A DNA stretch of 63,331 nucleotides, counting the filler, from Octopus bimaculoides (lineage: Eukaryota): the NCBI RefSeq assembly GCF_001194135.2. It is 7 parts of 7 records of this genome, joined end to end, with 100 filler letters (N's around TTAATTAATTAA, not from the genome) between each part and the next. Parts side by side here need not be neighbours in the genome. Positions count along the whole stretch, not along the records: positions 1 to 20,231 come from NC_068987.1; 6 more parts are not named here. One strand, 5' to 3'. Below are positions 1-12,129 of the stretch, in pieces. The translations under genes were made by a program, and so were the position numbers. The notes below the pieces were generated by a model. It worked only from the letters and a program-made list of their open reading frames with translations. It had not been told where the DNA came from and searched no databases. The first letter of the stretch is position 1. Each line of letters opens with the position of its first letter.

Positions 1-26
1 TGTATATATATGTATATTTGTATATA

Positions 27-62
<36 letters not shown>

Positions 63-64
63 TG

Positions 65-105
<41 letters not shown>
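1..105. repeat. Compound microsatellite (TA)n/(TATG)n/(TCTA)n
   Basis: Direct reading. The same motif classes recur throughout the window. Confidence 0.95.
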
Positions 106-107
<2 letters not shown>

Positions 108-225
108 AGTAAAAAATTTGCTTCCCAACCACAAAATTTCGGTTAAGCCTTACTGCGTAACACCTTGAGCAAGTGTCTTTTACTATAGCTCTGGATCGAG
201 TTGTGAGTGGATTTGCTAGACATAC
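106..225 (+). mobile_element. SINE family B head, degenerate
   Basis: Matches the recurrent 'gtaag.agcttgcttcccaaccac...caccttgggcaagtgtcttctactatagc...tgtgagtggatttggtagac' head seen at 24022, 30830 and 35840. Confidence 0.7.
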
Positions 226-819
226 ATGCATACATACATCCATACATGCATACACACACACACACACACACACGCATTCACAGATACACATATATGTTAT
301 ATTATATAGCTTGAAACACTGTACAGATTTTATATACTAAGGTAGTCAAAATTTGGATAGATATTATTATTGAGCACCTTTATGTCCTTCAGGGATTCCT
401 CATGAATTGTGGCCTTTAAAAAAAAAATTCCTTTTTATATTACATATGTGAGTTAGTTGAAAAAAGTCAGAAGTTCTATGTGCTTTCTTAGATTTGAGAA
501 AAATAGTGTTTAGGAGCCATTATTTGTAATGTTTTTGTCATTTTGAATGTATATGTGTATGTATGTATGTGTATGTGTTTATGGTGCCTTTTTAAACAAA
601 GCATATACATGAGAATTTTGGAGGCTTGCTGATAGAAGCAAGAGAAACAAAAACTTAGGCGGTGTTTTCTGGGATGATTGATTTGATGACAAATAAAAAT
701 GGGATGATAGATTTTATGATAAATAAAAACGTCCTTGGTCATTAAATCGCTGGCAGGGTTCTCTTGGTTACTTGCTTAGCTATAGAACTCACAAAATTTT
801 GGGGAAGGCTTTAAATGCG

Positions 820-1030
820 TGGATATTATTAACGATGATGCTCTTATTACTGCCTCTAAAATTACTGGAGTAACTCCGAAGCAGCCAACACACAACACTC
901 TCTAATACAATGTGTGTGTGTGTGTGTGTGTGTTAGTGTGTGTATTAGAGAATGTTGTGTGTTGACTGTTTCAGAGTTACTTCAGTAATTTTAGTGACAG
1001 TGATAAGAACATCATCATTAATAATGTCCA
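820..1030. mobile_element. Foldback/MITE-like inverted repeat, about 90-bp arms around a (GT)n spacer
   Basis: 820-909 is the reverse complement of 941-1030 with about 11 mismatches, nearly all transitions. Confidence 0.85.
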
Positions 1031-1308
1031 GTGATTATTTGGTTTGGTTAATCTGGAAAAGAATTTCTTATAAAAAATAAAAATTCTCAGGTTTTTATAA
1101 ATATACTTTTTACACGTTTAGTTTTGTGTGAATTTTTTTTATTAAACATATTTCCATTTCCTTCCTGTATTTTGGATCATCCCTTAGGCTTTTATGAATG
1201 ATAAGATCTTGAATGTTTATTCTGCATATTTGTAGACGTTTGTAAACACATCCACACACACATCCACACGCATCCATACGCACACACACACGCACACATA
1301 TACGCACG

Positions 1309-1375
<67 letters not shown>

Positions 1376-1507
1376 AAGATTCTAAACCTAACACCACACT
1401 CTTTTAATTATTATGTTTAGCGTTATAGAACTTTAGATTTTTTCAGAAATTCTAAAACCTGATTTCTGATTCATATTATGACACTAAGAGTATCTCACAG
1501 ATACTTA

Positions 1508-2924
1508 CATCTTTGGTCAAAAGTATCAGGCCACCCCAACGTTTTGGGCTTCTGCTATCTCAATGTTAATGAAACTCGTGCACATGGTACATTATAGTAT
1601 ATTTCACAATATACATTGGTTTTAATATCTGGCTGACCCTCCTTTAGCATCAATTACCGCTTTTATACGGTTAGGCATTGAATCAACTGGTTTCTTGCAG
1701 GAGTTAGGCACAATTTTACTCCATTGTTCTCTCAACTTTTGTTACAAATGCTCTTTATTTTTAATTGTTGTGTTCTTGATAGCTTCACCAAGAGTTTCCC
1801 ATAGGTGTTCAACTGGATTTAGATCTGGACCTTGAGTTGGCCAGTCCGTGGGAACAATACCCTGTGTCTCAAACCATTGATGAGTATTCTTTGCTGTATG
1901 ACATGGAGCGTTGTCTTGTTGAAAGATAACACTGTTTTTCGACACTCCTAGATGCAATTTAGCAATTGATGGCTCTAAAACATCTGATAACATAGAAACA
2001 TAGGTAGCTTTAAATGCTTCTCCAACTCTACAATGCACGTAAGTTGCACCAGATGTACCGAAAATCTGAGTAAAAACATGAAAAATAATATTAGCTTTAT
2101 GTTGGATACCTTTTTAAATATTTTGGACAACATACCAGTTACATTAAGTTTATTTGTTGATTGAATACATGTACTATCTTACCTCATAGCTACTTTCATC
2201 AGATCATATGACTTTTGACCATTGCTCACTGGTCCAATTTGAGTGGGTTTTGGCCCACTGAAAATGTTTTTCCATATTCGCTTCAGAAACTCCTGGCTTC
2301 TTCCTGGCTTTACAGGCTTTTAAACCATACTCTACAAGCCTTCTTCTAATAGTTCTGGTTGATATTCGTAAAGTATTTGCCTTGTTGAAGTCTGCACAGA
2401 GCTCCGACGATGTTTTTCTTCTGTTTCTGAGCGAATGACGGATGATGGATCTGTCATCACGAGGTGATGTAACCTTTTTGCTGCCTGTTCTTTGTATTGT
2501 CTTCACATCTTTTGTCTCTCTGAAGAGTTTGAGAGTCGTTTGCACCGCACATCGAGAACATTTCATCTTCTGAGCAATTTGCCTTTGAGACATTCCATCT
2601 TCATGATGAGCTACGATTTGACTTCGCTCACACTCACTCAACTCCCTTGTTTTACTGTTTATTAAATGTACCAACAATGTATTTTAGCATAAAACTCTGA
2701 AATAATCAAAGAAACATAAGTTAATTTTGGACGTTGGTCTTACTCATAATTGGTACAATACAGTATAAAAGCGGTAATTGATGCTTAAAGGAGGGTCAAC
2801 CAGATATTAAAACTAATGCATATTGTGAAATATATCATAATGTACCATGTGCACGAATTTCATTAATATTGAGATAGCAGAACCCCAAAACATTGGGGTG
2901 GCCTAATACTTTTGGCCAAGGCTG
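1508..2924 (-). mobile_element. Tc1-family DNA transposon (DD34E), about 160-bp TIRs, TA target duplication
   Basis: TA|CATCTTTGGTCAAAAGTATCAGGCCACCCCAA at 1508 matches TTGGGGTGGCCTAATACTTTTGGCCAAGGCTG|TA at 2924. The inverted match runs 1508-1669 against 2761-2924. A transposase lies inside. Confidence 0.95.
1622..2747 (-). pseudogene. Tc1 transposase pseudogene (paired-like HTH plus DD34E), interrupted by intron(s), nonsense codons and an in-frame deletion
   Basis: Motifs RELSECERSQIV, ARKKP, WSKVI*SDES, QQDNAPCH-(34 aa)-PDLNPVEHLW and SMPNRIKAVIDAKGG. Stop at 1622-1624. GT-AG intron at 2182-2066. Confidence 0.92.
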
Positions 2925-3019
2925 TATATATCATTTCATAAATCTGAAACCTTGACGAAAAGAATTCACCTTAGAGGAATACATAGTCGCCTCGGTATTT
3001 CATTTACAATCACAGATAC

Positions 3020-3316
3020 ATGGTGCTTATTCCATCGGTTTCTTTTACCGAAATGCTAAGTTACGGGAATATAAAGTCACCAACAACGGTTGTCAAGCAG
3101 TGATGAGACAGACACAAAGACACACGCATCCTCCATGCATGTATACATGTATACATACATAAACACATACATACACACACACAGAGACAGATACATGATG
3201 GATTTCTTTCTGGATCTGGCTACGAAATTCACTCACAAGGCTATAGCAGTGCCACGCAGCGGGACTGAATTATCTGGTTGAGAAGCAAACTTCTTACCAC
3301 ACAGCTATGCCTGCAC
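3020..3316 (-). mobile_element. SINE family B, degenerate
   Basis: Reverse complement of the family B head (3200-3316) and body (3020-3110). Confidence 0.7.
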
Positions 3317-3329
3317 ATTAATGTATTAA

Positions 3330-3850
3330 ATTTTAATTTGCATTCATCCAATAAATTTTCATACAACCAATAAATGCATTGCATAGTTTTCTGATTGATA
3401 TAATTTCCTATCCTGATTTTGGGACCCACTGCATGAATATATTGCCGTCCCACTTTCTCATGTTGTAGATAAGATGTGTATCTCTTTATTAACACAAATG
3501 TGTGATTTGGTGGGTGGAAATTAGCAGGTTGATCGACAACATAGATGCTTATTTGGTGGCCTACGTCAGGCAATTTTACAGATACACACCTGGTTATCTC
3601 GATAGTTGTCTCTCCTGCCGGAATTTATAAATGATGGGTGTCTGTTCAAGTTCGCGAGTATAGAGTTGTTTACATGAGCACTAGATGCAAGTTTACCAAA
3701 TTGATCCTGCAGTCCGCTATGGTTAATACTAACAGCAATGTTGTTGACACTAGAAAAGCAACCGAAGCTTAGCCTTAGGGTTTTGTTTATTCAATTACTT
3801 ACGCAGCTTGTTAATGCCGAGGAAATGTTTTGACATCAAATTTAGAAAGT
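3330..3850 (-). mobile_element. Highly decayed CR1/L2-type LINE reverse-transcriptase remnant
   Basis: Frameshifted remnants of SG(V)PQGS(I)LG..L.F..(Y)VN(D) at about 3720-3670 and of IY.W.....FHP.K at about 3545-3500. Confidence 0.5.
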
Positions 3851-3917
3851 TTTAGTAGAGTTAACATTGAGGTTTCAGTTACATTTTTTTGAGCATTTTC
3901 TTATAAGATGCATACTT

Positions 3918-4107
3918 TTTGGAAAGAACACAAGAAGCAATTAAATCTTATTTGACGTTTATTATCAAACATCTTTATTCATAAGATATTGATTCTCTGA
4001 AATGAATCAGAATAATAATATAAACAAGACAGGATAATAATATATAAACGAAAAGTTAAAGATAGTTATCTAATAATATACCCAATGATTAATGGGGATA
4101 TATTACA
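3918..4107 (-). repeat. 3' LTR of the Gypsy element
   Basis: Diverged direct repeat of 7545-7748. Shared blocks include ctttattcataaga, gataataatatat and gattaatgggga...ttaca. Confidence 0.75.
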
Positions 4108-7100
4108 ATATTTCCTGGTTTAAGAAAACTCTACACTATCTTGTTTTTTTCAAAAAGTCTTTCAGGGTGCGTAACGTCGTGGTCAGAACGTCACACTTCA
4201 TTACTTTTGTATGAAAGGTCAGTTAATTGGCTAGACGGAACACTTTTGTTGGCTTTGAACGAATATAATTAATACTCGATTGAATGACTCGAACATTAAT
4301 AGCGGAAATAAAATTTAGTGCTGTATTATTAGCGGGTTCATCAAGAATAGAGGAACTGTCAGCTTGAACTTCAGTCTCATCTGGAATTTGTCTATTTGAT
4401 TCCTGATTATTTGTCATTTCGGTTTACAGTTGCACCCTTATTTTCAAAGTATGGGAGGTTAAATAATGAAGCGAAACCGAAGATAACTGTCAATCGGCTC
4501 AGAAAACTAAAGCGTGTTTATTGTTTGCTTCAGTTAATTCTCTAGGTTCTGTTAATGAATCACACTTTGAATTAAGCTCTATTCTTTCCAGAACTACTGC
4601 CTTTCCAGAGTAAGATTGCTGCTCAGGTAAACGTTTCCTGAATAGTTTACTTCAATCAAAACTGATGAAAATTTAATGTAGTGTGCAGCGGTTAGTAGTG
4701 TGTAAAAGAGTACAGATCGTCAGGTACAACAAATTCCCATTAGATGTTAGGCAAATCGTTTTAAGCTGTTAAAAGTCGAACTGAGCTTCAAACGTTCCCG
4801 TTCATGCGTTCACACTGACTCTTCTTTTGTGCATTGTATGATATAAATGGACAAAGTTATGCTTGAGTACAATGTGTCTGCATCAGAGACTACTGAGGTT
4901 CAACCTGCGATCAGAACAGATGAAAATAGGATAGCCAGACTGAGAATAAACAAAAAGAAAAGCGTGAATATTCATCGATAATTGTTAATAATGTACATGT
5001 TTAATGTTAGCGGAGAGAAAACTCAAGGACTTAGTTGTTTTATCCAGCTGGTAGCTTGTGTTACTGAAATATTGAGGTTTAATTTGTCAACAGATGTAAC
5101 ATTATTACATGTTTATCAACTGGACTTATTCAATCGTGTACGGAAAGTTGGGTCCTCTTTCATAGAATGAGCCAACTTCATTGCCATAGGTTCTAGCTGA
5201 TCATAATGTTGTTTCGTCGTTAGTGTAGTAGTGATGGTCGAATACACCTGAGATAACATATTCGCATCGAAAGAATACCCCCAACATTTCCATGCGTCAC
5301 TTTGAATTTCATTATTTTTTGTTTTAGATTGTTTACTGGTACCAAGTAAGAAGTTCAGTATCTGCACATCAGCCACAATTGAGCAGAGGTGAAAATTAAT
5401 CTTTTTGATTTTCTCTATTTCTTTCTTTACTGCAGAATTACGACTTTCTGAATTTGACAGAGTGTAAGAAAAGAAGGTTACCGGCCAGTTGTCTTGACTA
5501 AATGTTTCATTAATGGCGCATTTATATTCATCTGTTCCTATTTGGAATGCTTTATCTGCATCGATATTAACCAAAACAAATCCATTTCTGTGATGTGACG
5601 AATTACTGATTCGAATACCTTTATTTGATAAAATCTAAGAGGAAATCATTTGCATATTGTTAAAGAAAATCTTTTTGAAAAAATTGAATACAAAAAAGCC
5701 CAAGCAAATATCTATTGAGAGTAGTTACACCATATATTATAGAAATTTCCACTTCGTAGAGAAAACATTCTATGCGCGTTGGATCAAGTCGAGGCGATTG
5801 GTAAGAAATTTCATAATCACAAATGGATAACTTTTGTCATGAATATACTGCTACTTCTTCTAGTTAAACGTAGACCTACCTGACGAGGTACTTCCATTTG
5901 TTTATCATTGCAACGTTTGTATTCCTCTTGAAAATCGCTAGCAACAGTGATGTTACCCATGGAAGTAAAAGTATTGTCTAGTTTGTACTTATCAATGATT
6001 TTATCAATCAACTTAATGAAAACATGATACTACTTTCGTAACACTAAAACAAAACCTACAGAGAGGTTGAAGCTTACCCAAGACTTTTAACCTAGCATTC
6101 ATTTGATGGCATGCAGTCTGAAGACATGGCTATAACCTACAGTTAATCGCCCCATTCTTGGCTGCATGTACTGTGCCTGCCGTGCCAAACGACTTGGTTC
6201 AATGACATCGATGTATCGTGATTGGTCGACTTCATCTGTATTAAACTGTCGGAACAGTGTAGAAATAGGTTTTGTAGCATCAGGACTCAGAAATTCAAGT
6301 GTACGGACCAGCTTTATTAGCTGATTTTAAAAGACACTGAACATTATTGATCATAAAATGTTCATTAAGTTCATTAAATTCTACACACATTTTTGAATGT
6401 CATTGCCAAGAAGATAGTTTTTGTTTTGAAGTTTTATGATATTTGAGCACTTTTATGTATATATCCAATTTTCGATCAGGCGGTTATAAATTTTTCTTCA
6501 TTCTTTTCTATATGAAAAAAGGGGAGGATTCTTTTTGTTTCCCATGTGTTCATCATTATAAGATTGGATAGGTTCAGTGTCAAACATAGCAGCTTATCAG
6601 TCGATATTGCTTTTATAACACGATTAGAGCCTCCATTTATTCGTGACATAAACTGTAGCAAAAAATTAGTCTTACTCGACTGATGAACAGACACCGTGTT
6701 CTTGTGAAATATGATTGTAATATTTTCTAGACTTTTGTATTAGCTGTTTTCTTTTCATTGAGCTGCAAAACATATTCAAAATGCCTCTTTAAATGGCAAA
6801 CACCTACATTTGGATTGTCGTGCAGATTAGCTCACACTTCCACGATACGATACACATCTTTATAGAGGCTGCATATACTTTTATTTTGCAATAAAAATTG
6901 CTTTTTACTTTGTTTGAATAGATGCCAAACAATTTTCATTTAAATCTTTGACTTAAAAAATTTCATTTTCCACAGTGATTATCAGAGACGTGTGTTCGAA
7001 TACGAGAACATTTGAAGCTATAACCTGAAGGCCAAGATCTGGAAGTGGCAATACTTCTTTCCGAACATCATCATTAGAATTTCTGCAGTAAAAAAATTGC

Positions 7101-7544
7101 GTACAACCGTCGTTTTTGAACTAAGATTCTACAGCTTGATATTTCAATGACTCCAAAAAAAGTTACAACGTTTCGATTTTGGGCCGGCAGCGTTTTATCA
7201 ATGAATACTGAGCAGCGAGTAAGTTACGCGGTGAGCCACTGACTAAGATATCAAGAGTTCATTGATAAGCTTGCTTCGCAACTTTGAATACGACGGAAGA
7301 TATCATCATAAAAAATAACGATTTATCAGCACCTCTAAACAGTTGCTGTAACGACTTGAACCCAGCGCATAAGCATCAATAATAAAGCACGTCAGTTTAA
7401 ATGGCCCTGTGATATCATCGTCCCGTGGTCGTGATGAAATACCTTTCTTGCTTTGGCTCGCAAAAGTATAAATTGTTATGAACTGGCATTTAATTTCCAG
7501 CTTGCGCTCACGGAGTGGATTATGGTTGTTCGGTAAATTGTCAT

Positions 7545-7748
7545 GAAAAGAATACGCGAAGGAAATAAATCTCAATATTTGACTTTTATTACAAAACAAT
7601 CATCGACAACAACTTTATTCATAAGACGGTGATTGTCTGAAAATGAAACAGAATAATAACATAAACAATAAATGATAATAATATATTAAGAAAAATTAAC
7701 GACAGCTATCTCACAATAAACTCGACGATTAATGGGGATTTTATTACA
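7545..7748 (-). repeat. 5' LTR of the Gypsy element
   Basis: Begins TGTAATAA on the minus strand and aligns to 3918-4107. The inner boundary is uncertain. Confidence 0.75.
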
Positions 7749-7764
7749 CATCACTTGTGTGTGA

Positions 7765-7865
<101 letters not shown>

Positions 7866-7899
7866 AGACTATACACACACACACACACACACATGGACA

Positions 7900-8148
7900 T
7901 ATGTCTTTTATCTATTTTAGTTATTGGACTGCGGTCATGCTGGGGCACCGCTTTGAAAGGTTTAGTAAAATAAATTGACCTCCAGACACACACGCGCGCA
8001 CCCCGTCACATCGATATACATATACAACGGGCTTCTTTCAGTTTCTGTACCAAATCCACTCGCAAGACTTTGATCGGCCCAGGGCTATAATAGAAGACAC
8101 TTGGCCAAGGTGCCACGCAGTGAAACTGAACCCGGAACCATGTGTTTG
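7900..8148 (-). mobile_element. SINE family B with internal deletion
   Basis: Head (gaaccatgtg, cttggccaaggtgccacgcag) and tail (ggactgcggtcatgctggggcaccgc) in reverse orientation. Confidence 0.8.
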
Positions 8149-8149
8149 T

Positions 8150-9195
8150 ATAACTGAAGGCATATCCGATACAAATAGCTTTGGACCTCAGACAGTTCCC
8201 TGTGAAATTCCACTCAGTGTCAACGTTTCCTTTGATAAAGCATCGTTGACCACAACCGTCTAGCTTAGAAAAAAAAGAAGCCATATAGACACGCTTTTAG
8301 TTTTCCAACTATATCAAGATCATGCAGTTGGTGACACACCATCTGTGGTCAGCTGTAGTCAGTTGTGGTCAGCTTTGTCGAAGACCTTTGCAACATGGAG
8401 ATATATAGATAAGTGATGGAGTAGCTGTTTCAGCAGCCAATCGTAGTGTTATAGGAATTGTGTAACGAGGCTTGTTGGGCGAAAACATGCTGAATGTTAA
8501 TCAGCAAATAATTTTCTTCTATGCAAGAGATTAGTTTTCTTCCGATAATTGCTACCATGACGTTGTGAAGTCAGAGAGAGATAGGTCTATGATTTTTAGC
8601 ATCTGCTCTGTTTCCTTTAACTTTCTTTTAATTTTCCACTTGCCAAGAAGCTTCGGAAAAGTATCTGGAGTGGCTTAGTTGAAGCCACTCAAGATACTAT
8701 GGTCGATATTACAGCGTCTTCCTTTATGTCGGTGTAATCGATAGCTGTCGCATCCATATGTAGAGGTCTGATGTCAAACAGCTCAGCTGGTTTATTTATC
8801 TGTAAGTGACCCAATGAAGAGATGAAAACACTTTTGAACCGCTTGCTCATGCAGAAGTTCACTTACTGTGGTCTTCAGTTGTCTTTTTGGAACAAGGCAA
8901 CTAGGTCTTGATTTGTTAGGTACCTTGGTTGATTCTCAAGCAAATTTCCAGAAAATATAGGGACTACGATGTGGCAATGATTCTTGCTAAGCATAGCATT
9001 CCTCTCACATAGTTTGTTTCTGGTAGTTCGCTTCTTACATCAATTACTTTCTAATTTCCCTGAGTGTCATGATACATCCTGTAAGTCTATACACTTTTTG
9101 GTACCCGTGTATAGAAGTCTACCTTGATCATTCTTTCACGATTGGTACTCAGCTGCATGAGGTTATTGTTTCCTGTTTTATCATACAGTTTTATT
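8150..9195 (-). mobile_element. CR1-type LINE RT fragment (decayed)
   Basis: Motifs KGNRADAKNHRPISLTS, IQHVFRP, YLHVAKVFDKADH (about YLDFAKAFDKVDH) and SGISQGTVLGP...SDMP. Confidence 0.85.
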
Positions 9196-9204
9196 TGACA
9201 CTGG

Positions 9205-9592
9205 GGAGGCGCAATGGTCCAGTGGTTAGGGCAGCGGACTCGCGGTCATAGGATCGCGGTTTCGATTCCCAGACCGGGCGTTGTGAGTGTTTATTGAGCG
9301 AAAACACCTAAAGTTCCACGAAGCTCCAGCAGGGGATGGTGGCGAACCCTGCTGTACTATTCCACCACAACTTTCTCTCACTCTTACTTCCTGTTTCTGT
9401 TGTGATTGTGATTCAAAGGGTCAGCCTTGTCACACTGTGTCACGCTGAATATCCCCGAGAACTACGTTAAGGGTACACGTGCACTGTGGAGTGCTCAGCC
9501 ACTTGCACGCTAATTTCACGAGCAGGCTGTTCCGTTGATCGGATCAACTGGAGCCCTCGACGTCGTAAGCGACGGAGTGCCAACAACAACAA
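9205..9592 (+). mobile_element. tRNA-derived SINE family A, full length
   Basis: A-box-like TGGTCCAGTGG, B-box GGTTTCGATTCC, shared body and (CAA)n tail. Copies at 19840, 26998, 31420 and 45044. Confidence 0.92.
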
Positions 9593-10044
9593 TTTGACAC
9601 TACGCCGTTTTATCTTAATTCCTACCACCTATATGTTATCATCTTTCTTCTTTCTATACGCACAACGACTTATAAACGTACATATGTGTATATGCCTGTA
9701 TGTAATTTTTTCTTTTTCCCTTTGTATATATTTTTGCATTAGTAACAATACATATAATTTTAGTTGACTTGCCTCGTTTAAGCTTTTTATGTATAATTGT
9801 TTCTTCTATCAGCCATAACATTTAATTATCTTTTAGCATCCGTCTGCACGTATGTATGTTTGTGTGTTTACGTATGTACGCGATGTTATACTTTCATTGT
9901 AGTAGTGTACTGATGCGTTCACTTGTAAAGATTTACGTATAAATGTGTATATATGTATTTGTATCTATATTTTTTGAGAGTATATGCGTACGTAGCGATT
10001 ATGTATATACTTATTCTTCTGTTTGGCCGTTTGTATATCTTAGA

Positions 10045-10090
<46 letters not shown>

Positions 10091-10368
10091 TTATCTATCT
10101 ATAAATGCCTGTTTTTATGTTGCAATAAAACAATTTTACATCAAATTGAAGGATCACTCAATATATTTGGTAGAATACAAGTTTATTATTGTTTAACAAG
10201 AATAGTATTAACAGTGAAATCAAAGTTTCGTCCATCTAAGTCATAAGTGGCCGAAACTTCGAAGTCACTGTCAATATTATTCGTTTAAAACTTACTGCTG
10301 TTTTTGCTATAGCAGAAACAGCTGTAAACTTATGAAGTTCATAAGATAATTGGCTATTCCTTACTTGT

Positions 10369-10409
<41 letters not shown>

Positions 10410-11000
10410 GNNNNNNNNNNNNNNNNNNNNNNNNNNNNNNNNNNNNNNNNNNNNNNNNNNNNNNNNNNNNNNNNNNNNNNNNNNNNNNNNNNNNNNNNNN
10501 NNNNNNNNNNNNNNNNNNNNNNNNNNNNNNNNNNNNNNNNNNNNNNNNNNNNNNNNNNNNNNNNNNNNNNNNNNNNNNNNNNNNNNNNNNNNNNNNNNNN
10601 NNNNNNNNNNNNNNNNNNNNNNNNNNNNNNNNNNNNNNNNNNNNNNNNNNNNNNNNNNNNNNNNNNNNNNNNNNNNNNNNNNNNNNNNNNNNNNNNNNNN
10701 NNNNNNNNNNNNNNNNNNNNNNNNNNNNNNNNNNNNNNNNNNNNNNNNNNNNNNNNNNNNNNNNNNNNNNNNNNNNNNNNNNNNNNNNNNNNNNNNNNNN
10801 NNNNNNNNNNNNNNNNNNNNNNNNNNNNNNNNNNNNNNNNNNNNNNNNNNNNNNNNNNNNNNNNNNNNNNNNNNNNNNNNNNNNNNNNNNNNNNNNNNNN
10901 NNNNNNNNNNNNNNNNNNNNNNNNNNNNNNNNNNNNNNNNNNNNNNNNNNNNNNNNNNNNNNNNNNNNNNNNNNNNNNNNNNNNNNNNNNNNNNNNNNNN

Positions 11001-11063
<63 letters not shown>

Positions 11064-11395
11064 GTGTATGTGTTGCAATGTTTGTCACATGTTCACGGTA
11101 CATTCACTTTAAACTGCTTGCAAAAATTTAAAACACATCACATGATGTCATCTGGTGTGATCTCTTAAAAATAGTGTACCAGAGTGTAGCAGCATGTGTG
11201 TCTCTGTCAACAGTCTTTCGTTTTATCATCATTGTCCTTCCACACATCATATCGATCTGACTGACTTAGCTGCACATTAAATATTGCAGCTGCTAATATT
11301 TTGTGTCATAGTTAAAGAATTCGATTTGCCATCACGAGACTTGTTTGTTCGGATTTTTTTGCAACACACTTTAATTCTACCTGCTCCAGAATATT

Positions 11396-11843
11396 TATTT
11401 CTTTATTGCTTACAGGGGGCTAAACATAGAGGGGACAAACAAGGACAGACAAAGTGATTAAGTCGATTACGTCGATCTCAGTGCGTAACTGGTACTTATT
11501 TAATCGACCCCGAAAGGATGAAAAACAAAGTCGACCTCGGTAGAATTTGAACTCAGAACGTAACGCAGACGAAATTCCGCTAAGCATTTCGCCCGTCGTG
11601 CTAGCGTTTCTTATTTCTTTACTGCTCACAAGGGGCTACACACAGAAGGGAAAACAAGGACAGACAAATGGATTAAGTCGATTATATCGACCCCAGTGCG
11701 TAACTGGTTCTTATTTAATCGACTCCGAAAGGATGAAAGGCAAAGTCGACCTCGGCGGGATTTGAACTCAGAACGCACCGGCAGATAAAAAAACTGCTAA
11801 GCATTTTGCCCGTCGTGCTAACGTTTCTGCCAGTTCACCGCCC
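11396..11843 (-). mobile_element. Two tandem copies of SINE family C
   Basis: Twice-repeated gtcgacctcgg.ggaatttgaactcagaacg...gctaagcattt.gcccgtcgtgctaacg, with ggtacttatttaatcgaccccgaaaggatg. Confidence 0.9.
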
Positions 11844-12078
11844 TAGAATATTATCAGGTTTTTCAGTTGCTAGAAGCAGTTGAGTGTATTACTGGGATTA
11901 GACCGGTGTTTTATAATTCTTTGTCGTTTAGCATTCGAAACCGTTTCTTTTTATTACAAAGGTTCACTCAGTATATTTTGCAGACACTCACGAACGCACG
12001 CATGCACGTACGCACACCCATACGCACACATACATACATACATACATACATACATACATACATACATACATACATACA

Positions 12079-12129
<51 letters not shown>

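Larger units (their letters stand above)
3918..7748 (-). mobile_element. Degenerate Ty3/Gypsy LTR retrotransposon (gag-PR-RT-RH-IN order)
   Basis: Gag-like LRERKLEI at about 7500. Zinc-knuckle remnant VCHLKRHFEYV at about 6790. RT remnants DVIEPS, TACHQ, GKLQPLCRFCFSVT and MIDKII..DNTFTSMGNITVA. RNase H remnant FSQDNWPVTFFSYTLSNSESRNSAVKKE (ORF 5116-5574). Integrase C-terminal remnant ELTEANNKHALVF...SVSLHYL at about 4500. Terminal direct repeats present. Confidence 0.88.

Noticed and set aside
3241-3573. ORF containing YIHAVGP, reminiscent of a macro domain
   Set aside because: No other macro-domain motifs are present. The flanking frames carry CR1/L2 RT remnants (SGxPQGSxLG, FHPxK), so it is better explained as decayed LINE sequence.
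9205-9280. tRNA-like heads with A/B boxes in SINE families A, B and E
   Set aside because: No complete cloverleaf, and they continue into shared SINE bodies. Not tRNA genes.
10350-11168. Long ORFs spanning N runs (also at about 17, 23, 27, 30, 33, 36, 41, 47, 49 and 57 kb)
   Set aside because: Artefacts of translating through gaps and flanking microsatellites.
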